Part shown: in pieces, positions 37,392 to 46,200 of the stretch | Layout of the letters: every line of letters begins with the position of its first letter | Numbering within the stretch: position 1 is the stretch's first letter | IMG/VR virus record: IMGVR_UViG_2515154105_000002 | Location: 7,105-71,104 of that record | Reading direction: 5' to 3' (one strand) | DNA: 64,000 nt | Source of the DNA: a virus | Taxonomy: Duplodnaviria; Caudoviricetes | Made by a program: the position numbers and the translations under genes | Notes under the pieces: generated by a model | What the model saw: the letters and a program-made list of their open reading frames with translations, nothing else | Database searches by the model: none | Told to the model about the DNA's origin: nothing

Positions 37392-37478
37392 TGCGGGGGT
37401 CTCTCTCCCGTGTGCTGGGGTGCGGTTGACGTGCGTCGCTCGCCCGGCCAGCACCGGGACGACCCGACAACGCGGGGC

Positions 37479-37508
37479 ATTTGAGAGACCGGAGGGGGTT
37501 AACGTCGC
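37479..37508 (-). promoter_or_regulatory. putative late promoter (capsid)
   Basis: GCGAC-GTTAA-N14-TCAAAT. Confidence 0.55.
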
Positions 37509-37632
37509 GTGCTGCCGTCCCCGACGGTTCGGGGAGCGGCAGCACGCGGGCTCTGACCTGCTGTTTTGTTGTTTCGGTGGGGCGGGGCCGGAGGGTGCGG
37601 CCGCGGCCTGCGGTGCCGCTGGATCGCGGCTG

Positions 37633-39576
37633 TCACACCTGGATCGCGGCGAGTTGGGCCTTCACCTCGTCGGGGTCCAGGCGCACGGTGTCGTCGTCGG
37701 TGGGGGTGTCCTTGTCCGTGGCCGGCGCCTCGTCCTCGTCGTCGGGGTCCTCCAGGTCGGTGTCGGCGGCCGAGTCGTGGGGCTCGTCGTACGGGTCGTC
37801 CCACAGGTCGATGCCGTTGGCGGCCGCGGCCGAGGACGACGGGGCGGGCAGTGTCTCCGCGTCGTCGTCGACGGGCACGTCCATGCCCTTCTTGGAGAGC
37901 GCGGCGAGGAGTTCGGCGAGGGGGTCGCGGATGGGCTCCAGTTGCTCGGCGTCGTCGGCGGCCCGGACGCAGGCGGTGGCGTCGGCCAGGGCGGTTACGG
38001 CAGGCTGCACGAGTCGACTGTCGGTGGTCTCCTCCTCGTCGGCGGTGCGCGCCGGGCCCCGGTCGGGGATGACGACGGTGGTCAGTTCGACGGGTTCGGG
38101 TGTGCCGAGGGCGACTTCGGGGCCGCTCGCGTCGTACGACACGGCGTACGTAGCCTCCTCGCCGCCGTCCTGGTGCACGGAGACGATGACGCGGTCGGGG
38201 TAGGTGGCCTCCACGCACGTCCAGATGCCTGGCTCGGTGGCGAGTAGGCGGCGTACGGCGCCCGCGACGCGGTCGCGTATCTCCTCGTAGGAGGCGGGGA
38301 GCGGCTGGATCGGGGTCACGGCAACTTCTCCTGTGGTGATGCGGGCCTTCGCTTCGAGGACGGTGACGCGGGCGCTCTTGTGGTTGAGGGCGCGGCGGGT
38401 GGCGGGGTGTGCCGATTTCGCTTCGAGGACGGCGGCCCGGGCGGTCTTCGCCTCGGTGCTCGCACGCGGACCAAGATCGTTCTTGCCCAATTGTGCAAAT
38501 CCGGGTGCCAGGTCGACGGTGTCAATGGCGGGGCCGGTGAGGCGTACAGGGGTGGCGTCAATGCCGCGGACGACGTGCACGGTGTCGAACGCGACGGGGA
38601 TCGCGGGCACGGCGGGCACGTCGGCGGGCAGGTCGTAGCCGAGGGTGATGTGTGGGGTGTACCCGTGGTTGGTGCGCAGCGCGGAGCCCAGGGGCGATAG
38701 GGCGATGGCGTTGACGACGCGGGTGCGGAGTTCGGTCAGGCCGGGCACGTCGACGGGCACGAAAGTGGGCTCGCCGTTACCGGAGTCGGGGAAGCGGCCG
38801 ATGCCGCCGATCTGCCCGGATAGCGGCTCGAAGCCGTCGAGGGCTGCGCTGACGAGGCCCGCCAGGTCGTCGGGGTGGCCGGGCAGTTGGTCGGCGTCGC
38901 CGAGGTAGGCGAGCGTGATGTGCAGATCACGGGCCGCGGTGCCGTCGGCTCGGGCGATCCGTTCAGCGACGGTCCCAGGCACGTACAGGGCCACCATGAC
39001 GCCGCGGCCTGTCTGCTGTTCGGCGGCTTTCACGTCCAGGGGGCCGCTGGATGCGGTGGTCTTGTGCTCCAGCTCGACGGCGCCGGGGTCGGCCTTGACC
39101 TCCAAACTCCGCGTCATGGGGTGCGCGCCGTGGAGGACCGGGGAGACCTCGAACAAGTCGAGCTTGCGGATGACGCGGACGCCGTCGGGCCGCTTGCTGG
39201 CGCCGCTGGGCGGGACGCGGTAGCCGATGGAGAACTGTGCTTCGCCGTGCTGGTGCCACTGCAGCACCTGCTCGTACACGTCGCGGCCCTTGGACGTACG
39301 AAGGTTGAACTGGATTGTCGCGACGAGCGCCCCGGCCTCTGCCGGCCAGTTCGGGATGTCGGCGAACCGCGGGTCGCCGGGCTGCCATTCGGCGACGTCC
39401 AGGACGACGCCGATCGGCTCCTTCCACTCGTGGTGCCAGACGGTCTTGACGGGTCTGGTCGCCAGGGTGTGCGCGAAGGCTCCGGGAAGGATCAGGTCGG
39501 CGACTTCGTCGACGACACCGGTTACAGCGAAGATCGCTCGGCACACGCCCTTGCGGGGCGTGGGGGCGGACGGCAC
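37633..39576 (-). CDS. HK97-type prohead protease fused to 2H phosphoesterase and acidic scaffold-like tail
   Basis: DLILPGAF, WHHEWKEPIG, FSIGY, LFEVSPV (S78); HITLAY and HITLGY (2H motifs). Confidence 0.85.
   Translation of the reverse strand: MPSAPTPRKGVCRAIFAVTGVVDEVADLILPGAFAHTLATRPVKTVWHHEWKEPIGVVLDVAEWQPGDPRFADIPNWPAEAGALVATIQFNLRTSKGRDVYEQVLQWHQHGEAQFSIGYRVPPSGASKRPDGVRVIRKLDLFEVSPVLHGAHPMTRSLEVKADPGAVELEHKTTASSGPLDVKAAEQQTGRGVMVALYVPGTVAERIARADGTAARDLHITLAYLGDADQLPGHPDDLAGLVSAALDGFEPLSGQIGGIGRFPDSGNGEPTFVPVDVPGLTELRTRVVNAIALSPLGSALRTNHGYTPHITLGYDLPADVPAVPAIPVAFDTVHVVRGIDATPVRLTGPAIDTVDLAPGFAQLGKNDLGPRASTEAKTARAAVLEAKSAHPATRRALNHKSARVTVLEAKARITTGEVAVTPIQPLPASYEEIRDRVAGAVRRLLATEPGIWTCVEATYPDRVIVSVHQDGGEEATYAVSYDASGPEVALGTPEPVELTTVVIPDRGPARTADEEETTDSRLVQPAVTALADATACVRAADDAEQLEPIRDPLAELLAALSKKGMDVPVDDDAETLPAPSSSAAAANGIDLWDDPYDEPHDSAADTDLEDPDDEDEAPATDKDTPTDDDTVRLDPDEVKAQLAAIQV
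38472..38498. promoter_or_regulatory. palindromic operator-like site (copy 4, intragenic)
   Basis: CAAGATCGTTCTTGCCCAATTGTGCAA. Confidence 0.65.
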
Positions 39577-39618
39577 GGCGTGGAACCTCCGGCGGCGGGT
39601 GGACTGTTGGCCGCCGGG

Positions 39619-39648
39619 ACCGTGCCGTGCCTGTCTGCTTACTGTCCT
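39619..39648 (-). promoter_or_regulatory. putative late promoter variant (protease)
   Basis: AGGAC-AGTAA-N14-CACGGT. Confidence 0.45.
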
Positions 39649-39851
39649 GCGCTGGCCCCTGCTGGGGGCGTAGCCGCCTCACGTGCGGTGCGCGCGGCGA
39701 GCCATCCCTGCTTCCAGTAGCGAGCGTCGAACTGCTGGGCCTGGTCGGCGCTGTACTCGTCGTAGGGGCTGCCGTCGGACGGGTCGCCCTTGGCGAAGGC
39801 GGCCTTGCCTTCGTTGAAGCGCGCCGACTGCCGCGTCCGGTCCAGGTCCAC
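39639..39851 (-). CDS. small Rmf/CrpP-fold-like protein
   Basis: FNEGKAAF..G.....SPY...YWKQGW. Confidence 0.6.
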   Translation of the reverse strand: MDLDRTRQSARFNEGKAAFAKGDPSDGSPYDEYSADQAQQFDARYWKQGWLAARTAREAATPPAGASAGQ

Positions 39852-39860
39852 GGTCGTCTC

Positions 39861-40469
39861 CTAGCTCTGCGGGGCGGGCGGGAACAGGGGCGTCTGTCCG
39901 CCGTGGGCGGCTGCCGACTCCTGTCCGCTGCTGCCGTCGGCTTGACTGTGCGTGCGGGTCATCTGCGCGTCGTCGACGTCCATGGCCCAGACGTCGGGGT
40001 CGGTGTAGCGCCAGACCTGGCCGCCAGTGTCGCGCACCCATCCGGTCAGTGTGCCGTCCGGGGCCTGGTCGAGCCACGCCTCTTCCCCGGCTGCTCCCTT
40101 GTAGGCGGCGAATGCGCTGGCCGGGTCGGTCTCGTCACCCTCGTCGTACATGTCGCCGGACCACGGGCGCGCATCGTCCTGGGGGCCTGCGGCTGCCGAG
40201 TCGTCGGAGGTGTCGCCGTCCGGCATCTCCTCGTCCGCGGCCCCTTCGGTGGGAGATTCCTGCGGCGACTCGGCGGTGGGGTCGGCTGCCGGATCGGCCA
40301 TCGGGTCGGCCGCGAGGTCCGCGGCCGGTTCGTCCTCGGTGGCGCCCGGCTCCGGGACATCCTCCGAGATCTCCGCTGCGGGGGCGTCCGGGTTCTGCTC
40401 GTCCTCGTTGTCGTCCCCGAACGGCTTGCGGCCTTGGGGCAGCGCCTTGATGGCAAGTCCGTATCTCAT
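39861..40469 (-). CDS. highly acidic head-cluster protein
   Basis: D/E/P-rich N-half, Trp-rich C-domain; leaderless behind promoter variant. Confidence 0.65.
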   Translation of the reverse strand: MRYGLAIKALPQGRKPFGDDNEDEQNPDAPAAEISEDVPEPGATEDEPAADLAADPMADPAADPTAESPQESPTEGAADEEMPDGDTSDDSAAAGPQDDARPWSGDMYDEGDETDPASAFAAYKGAAGEEAWLDQAPDGTLTGWVRDTGGQVWRYTDPDVWAMDVDDAQMTRTHSQADGSSGQESAAAHGGQTPLFPPAPQS

Positions 40470-40475
40470 GACGTG

Positions 40476-40504
40476 AGCGTGACTGTTGGGCTGGCTTGTG
40501 TCCT
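40476..40504 (-). promoter_or_regulatory. putative late promoter variant (leaderless)
   Basis: AGGAC-ACAAG-N13-CACGCT, 6 nt before ATG. Confidence 0.45.
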
Positions 40505-40916
40505 GTCCAGGTAGCCAGATGTATCCGTGGGTTCTCGCCTCAGCCCACTGGTGACCCCTTGACCGATCGCCGCTCGTACTCGTCGGTGCTGACGGTGTTG
40601 TCACCTCAGCGCGCCGGTCGCAGCGATCGCCTCGACGGACGGCAGGCCCGTTCAGCTTTTCGGTCGTCGAATTCAGCCAAGTGCACACCTGTGGCTAGGT
40701 TGGCCACGCTCCGCGACTTTGCCGGGATGGTAATCCTCACGCATATGCGCTTTACCTGCACATCGCTGTGCGCGTCGACTCCCTGCGTGCCTGTCGGGCG
40801 GCAAGCGCTTTCTGGCCAGGCCAGCAACAAAACTAAATGGATCTGCCGATTCCGTACATACCGTTCCCCTCTGGTGAGGCCTCGGCGCCAACGAGGCCAG
40901 AGAGGAAACAGACTTC

Positions 40917-42242
40917 GTGATACAGAACAACCGAAAGAGATCGTGGCAAAGGTTGACCGCGATGGCGTTTTCCGCGCTGGGGGCGCTGTCCCTGCTCGCT
41001 GCCACAGTGCAAGAGTCGTCCGCCGCGCCGGTCGCGGCGCAGGTGCGCGAGACCGTGCCGAGCTCCGCCGGTCAGGCGCCCCGCCCGGCGGAGGGGGCGG
41101 GCGTGGAACTCGCAGGGCAGACCTGTGACGACGTAACGCCCAGCATGCTCAGCTCCGTTGCGCGCACCGGCGAAGACGAAATCTTCTGTCTCCGAGACGC
41201 AAAACCGGTTCCGGAAACGACGGTGAAGGCAACTACCGCGCCGCCGCAGCTCCAGAACGCGGTGGGCGCGTGCGACACCTCGCCGAACCTGTACTTCTAT
41301 GACCGGTTCACCGGCTGCGTGAACACCAAGGTCAGCTACGAGGTCATCGACACCAAGACCGGCAAGGTGACCGGCACCGCGAGCTTCACCGCCATTCAAG
41401 ACGTGACGCTCCTGGCGAATGATTCCATGTGGCACTCCGAGGTATCGCTGCGTCAGGACTCCGCGACCGGAACGGCTACGGGGCTCACGGCCGCCTGGCA
41501 AACCACTTGCGACTCCTCAGCTTGCACCAGCAGCGACAACGCGTGGACGGGATCCCAGCCCATCAGCGTGGGCAAGGTCCTCGATGGCGCCACGACCTTG
41601 ACCTGGGCGGCCGGATCCGGGATCAATCAGCAGAAGTTCGGCTTCAAGAACACCATCACCATCAACGCGGCCGGCGCCGTGCTGATCAACCCGGCATGGT
41701 TCGCGTTCCCCCAGCAGATCCGATGCGACAACGACTTCGGGTCGGGAACCAGGATGGGCTGCGTGTTCCCGAACTACATCCCCACGCTCGACATGGCCAT
41801 CACGCACGCTGGTCACGCAAACGTCGCCTGGTCGATGAACAACCTCATCGACAAATGGGGCTGGCAGGGCAAGGGGCAGCCCCTCACTCGGGAGAAGAAT
41901 ACGACGATCCGGGACCAGAACCGCGCGAAGATTTGCGAGGACGGCACCTGGAAGGCGATGCCGGACGTGGTGCCGACCGACTCCTGCGACGAATTCGCGT
42001 TCGCGGCCACCAATCAGAGCGGCGGCCAGCTCCAGCTCACCGGAAAGGACTGCGCCCAGATCCGGCCCGCCAAGGAGAACGGCCAGTGGGTCGTCTACTA
42101 CTACGGCTCGGTTACCAGCAAGCGCTGCACGATCGGGCATGTCCCGCTGGCCGAGAACGTATCTGTGGGCGGCTCCCTGTCGACCTTCTACCAGGGGCAA
42201 CGTGTCCTCGATGACGAGAAGTTCTGGTTGTACGTGCACTAG
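40917..42242 (+). CDS. secreted protein with C-terminal NucA/NucB-type DNase domain
   Basis: Sec signal peptide; NRAKIC...SCDEFAFAAT...ENVSVGGSL..FY...RVLD.EKF. Confidence 0.75.
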   Translation: MIQNNRKRSWQRLTAMAFSALGALSLLAATVQESSAAPVAAQVRETVPSSAGQAPRPAEGAGVELAGQTCDDVTPSMLSSVARTGEDEIFCLRDAKPVPETTVKATTAPPQLQNAVGACDTSPNLYFYDRFTGCVNTKVSYEVIDTKTGKVTGTASFTAIQDVTLLANDSMWHSEVSLRQDSATGTATGLTAAWQTTCDSSACTSSDNAWTGSQPISVGKVLDGATTLTWAAGSGINQQKFGFKNTITINAAGAVLINPAWFAFPQQIRCDNDFGSGTRMGCVFPNYIPTLDMAITHAGHANVAWSMNNLIDKWGWQGKGQPLTREKNTTIRDQNRAKICEDGTWKAMPDVVPTDSCDEFAFAATNQSGGQLQLTGKDCAQIRPAKENGQWVVYYYGSVTSKRCTIGHVPLAENVSVGGSLSTFYQGQRVLDDEKFWLYVH

Positions 42243-42253
42243 TTCTTCAGTGT

Positions 42254-42282
42254 TGTGCCGCCACGGTCTCGGTGGCGGCACA
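42254..42282. terminator. bidirectional hairpin between convergent genes
   Basis: TGTGCCGCCAC...GTGGCGGCACA. Confidence 0.6.
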
Positions 42283-42291
42283 GCCGCGTGC

Positions 42292-42939
42292 TCAGCCCTC
42301 GTCGTACGGAGAAGGTCCCTCAGACCCACGGTAGAGAGCAGGCATCCGACCGGCAAACAGGACATCGTCCGATACCAGCAGAGGGATTTCGACGCCGGTG
42401 ATCTCGAAGCAGAGCGCTCGTCCGCGCTCGTCCACGCCTACCTCGGCGTCGAAACAACCAGCGCGCTCCATGGGCGCAAGCAAGCGATCCGGTTCCTCAC
42501 CATGTCGACGCTGGGGAGCCATTAGCTCGGCCCCGGTCAACTTCCGCCCGTTCTCCCAGTACTCGAAGACACACAACGCGCCCATGCTCGCGTAGCAGAT
42601 CACGCTGGACTGAGCCGATGCCCGGCGAAGTCGCGCGTCATTCAACGGCGAGCCGCTGAGGGGAACTAGGCAGTAGGCCCAATCACTTGAGGTCCCGGCG
42701 AAGGCGGCGCTCCACACGTCGTGCTCATCCATGCCCTGGTAGAGGAGCGCGTCGAACTCTTCAGTGTCGTCAATCTGCTCGATGCTCGCTCCATCACACC
42801 CAAGCTGCAGCAAGAGGGACTGTGCATCAGGCTCGCTGGAGAAGACCAGGCAATATGCCAGCCACTCGTCCGTAATCCACTGGTTCGCTCCAGCCACGAC
42901 GGTCGTTCTCCTCGCCGAGAAAGTGTGTTCTCGAACCAT
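42292..42939 (-). CDS. DUF6461-like protein (candidate immunity)
   Basis: YCLVF, FEYWENG, P.RRHGEEPDRLL..M..AG, ITGVEI. Confidence 0.55.
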   Translation of the reverse strand: MVREHTFSARRTTVVAGANQWITDEWLAYCLVFSSEPDAQSLLLQLGCDGASIEQIDDTEEFDALLYQGMDEHDVWSAAFAGTSSDWAYCLVPLSGSPLNDARLRRASAQSSVICYASMGALCVFEYWENGRKLTGAELMAPQRRHGEEPDRLLAPMERAGCFDAEVGVDERGRALCFEITGVEIPLLVSDDVLFAGRMPALYRGSEGPSPYDEG

Positions 42940-43024
42940 AGTGCGGTGGCCGCCCTTGCGGCCAACATCGTCCGCTGCCTCTGAAGTGGCATCATCTGCC
43001 AGCGGAATAGGACAACTTGGGCCC

Positions 43025-43261
43025 TCACGTCACGTGGATGACGTCGGTGTGCCGGTGCAGCACGGCGAGAACGGACTTCTCATCATCTGCGGATACCCGC
43101 TTCATCGGGCCCGTGGGGGCGAGCGGAATCAGTTCGCCTGTATGGAGCGCGACGAGGGCGGCCACGCGGGCGGAGCCGACGACCGGCCGGTCCGCGCCCC
43201 TGGCAACCTGCACCTGGTAGGCGGACCCGTCGGCGAACCGGCCGGTCACGGTGTACTGCAT
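43025..43261 (-). CDS. hypothetical protein following the giant gene
   Basis: ATG with GAAGGAG RBS; LAPTGP motif. Confidence 0.6.
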   Translation of the reverse strand: MQYTVTGRFADGSAYQVQVARGADRPVVGSARVAALVALHTGELIPLAPTGPMKRVSADDEKSVLAVLHRHTDVIHVT

Positions 43262-43272
43262 CTGCGTCTCCT

Positions 43273-46200
43273 TCATCGGGTGGCCATCAGGCCGAGGAGG
43301 AAGGCACGCATGTCGTCGTCCTCGAACCAGTCGCCGTTGAACATGGCCTGCAGCGATCGGGCGAGGCTGTCACCTCTGTCCGGCTGTGTCTGCCGCTGGT
43401 CGAACAGGTGGGACAGGCTCGTCGCGTCGGGGCGGCGGGCGCCGGGGCGGCCGGAGTGGGTGCGGGTGAACCACCAGGCGCGCTGTGCGGCGTCCAGGTC
43501 GGGCATTGTCGCGGCCAGGTGCTGGCCCAGGGCGTGCGCGGCCGTGCCGAGTCCGTCGTCGCCGAGGTCGGCGACCGTGGCGCGGCGCGTGGCGGGCTCG
43601 TAGCGGCCGCTGTCGCCCTCCACGGCGGTCAGGCGGCGACCGGCCCGGTTGGCGAGCCACGCGCGCGGGATGGCCTGCTGCACGTCCCGTATGGCCCGCT
43701 CGGCGTCCGGGGAGCCGCCGGGGCCGAAGACGATCCCTGCGGTGCCCTGGGGGCCGAGGTCGCGGACGTCGGCGAGGGTCGCGGCGACCGCGTCGGGGAT
43801 CGCGGCCGCGTACCGGGTGCGCAGGTCCTCCCACTCGCGGCGGGCGGTCGCGGCCTCCGCGCGGGCGGCCTCGATCTCCACCTCGATCTCCGGGTCCGGG
43901 ATTGTGCCGGCCGGGTGGGCGGCCTGCAGGTTGACCAGTCGTCGCTCCGCCGTGGCCAGGTAGTCATCGGCGTGGCGCAGGGTGCCGTGCGGGTCGCCGC
44001 CGAAGTCGTGACCCAGGGCGTCTGCCAGACGGCGCGTCACGTCCTGGTCGATGTCCGTACCGGCGGCGCGGAGCGCGGCCAGGTGCCGCAGACCGGTGAG
44101 GCCGGGGCCGCCGTCTGCGGCCTGGTCCGGCGCCCAGCGGATGCGGTCGCTGCGCCCGGGCAGGCGTCCGGCGGCGAGCTGTGCCCACGTGGTGGGCTGC
44201 CACCAGGTGACGCGGCGCTGTGCCTGACCGAACCGGCCGGTCTCCGGGAGGAGTTCCGCCCAGTGCGCGATGCGGGCGGACAGCGTCTCGCCGTCCGTCT
44301 GCGGCAGGTGGAGGGCGCGGTGCAGCCGGGACATACGGCGGGACTCCGGCCAGTCCCCGATGCGGCGGACGACGCGGGCAAGGAACGCACGCAGCTTGGC
44401 CAGGCGCTCTCGGGCGTCGCGCCACTTCTCGGCGATCTTCTCGGCAGCGGCCTTGAGGAGCAGGCCGAGACGCTTGGCGAGTCGGACGAGCGCGGCGATG
44501 ATCCGGGCGAGGAGGCCGGGCTGGCGTCCCGCGGCGGGGTTGTTGGCGGCGACGCGGCGGGCGATCCGGCGGGCGGTGGCCGGCCGGGTGCCGTCCATGT
44601 GTCCCATGAGGTTGCGGACGATCGCTTCGGCGTCGCCCGGGTCGACGCCTGCGGCCTGGAGCTGCTGCAGGAGTGCGTTCACCGCGTCGTCGGCGTGCCC
44701 GGCGACCGCACGGGTCACGTCGCCGTCCCCGTCACGCTGCGGCGCGTTGCCCGCGATGTGGTCGGGGATGAGCTGGAGCAGGTCCCGGGCTCGGGCGGCG
44801 AGTTCCTCGTCGCTCTCCCCGGGCAGCGGCTCCAGGTCGTTGATGGTGCGCAGTGCGGCGCGCACCGTCGCGACTTGGGCCTCGTCCCGCTTCTGCCGCA
44901 GGGCCCGCTTCGCGGCGTCCCGGTCGGCGCCGGTGATTTCGGCGGCGTCGAGCGCGTCGAGGGCCTCCTGCCGGGCGCTGTTGCGGGCGTCGCGCAGCGC
45001 CTCGGGGGTGAGGCGCTGGGCGATCTGCTCGCGCAGGGCGTGGATGTCCCCGGCGGGGTCGGTGCCCTGGATCGCGTTGTCGATGATGCGGGTGGCGACG
45101 GTGCGGGCGTGCCCGTCGACGAGCTGGTCGGCGACGCTCTGCGGGGTCGGGTTGGGGTCGCGGCCGTCGGGCGTGCCGGTCGGCGGTAGGGCCGGGGTGG
45201 GCCGGTTCCGCTCGTACACGTTGACGTCCCGCCCGTTGTGCAGGCCGAAGTCATGCACGTTGCCGTCGTCGTCGATACCGGTGAGCTGCATCCACCAGCC
45301 GTTGCGGCGTGGCTCGGCGATGATCGTCAGTCGGCGGTGCCCGTTGAACGCGTATCCGGCGCGGGAGGTGGGGGCGTCGATGACGTCCCCGACCTTGAGG
45401 CTGCCCGGGCGGACTTGTGTGACCGGCATCGTCGGCGCGGCCGGAGCCTGTGGGGCGTCCGGGGCGTCGTCGGCGTCGGGTGCGGCCGGGGCCTGCGGGG
45501 CGGGCTCGGGGAGCTGCCACACGGGCATCGCGCCGTGCACGATCCTCCGCTTCCACTGCTTGTCCTCGTCCTCCAGGAGGAGGCTGCGTACGCCGCCCGG
45601 GCCCTCTTCGACGTCGATGACGCGGAAGACGCGGATCTCGTCGCCGCGGCGCTCGTCGGGCATCGCGATGACGTCGCCCTCGCCGATCTGTGCGGCGTTG
45701 GAGGGGCGCGGGTGGTCGAAGCCGTCCACGGCCGGGGGCTGTCCGGCGGCCTGGTCGAGGTGCGTGGCGGCGCGCAGCGCGGCTCGCCCTTCCAGGGTTG
45801 CCGGGTCGGCGTTCGCGCGGAGCTGGGCGGCGAGCGCGGCGGCCTGGGGTGCGGTGACTGGCAGGTCCTCGTTGATGCGGGCGGCGGCCTGCTGGGCGTC
45901 CGGGTCGTCTTCGGGGCCCTGGCCGTTGTCGGCGATGGCGTCCCGGTCGCCCGGCGTCAGGTCGGGGGTGATGGTGGGCTCGTCGACGGGGTCGATCGGC
46001 TGCACCGGCTCCTGGACCGTCATGTCGTCGGCCGGGGCCGGGGCGTCCTCGGGGCCGAGTTCCGGCGCCTTGCCGTCAGCGCCCTCGGCCTTGTGCACGA
46101 CCGCGGAGCTGTCCATGTCGATGCCGCCCACGAGACCGGTGGTCGTGTCGACGTACTCGAAGGTGGTGCGGTCACCGTCGCGGGTGACGTCCAGGATCTC

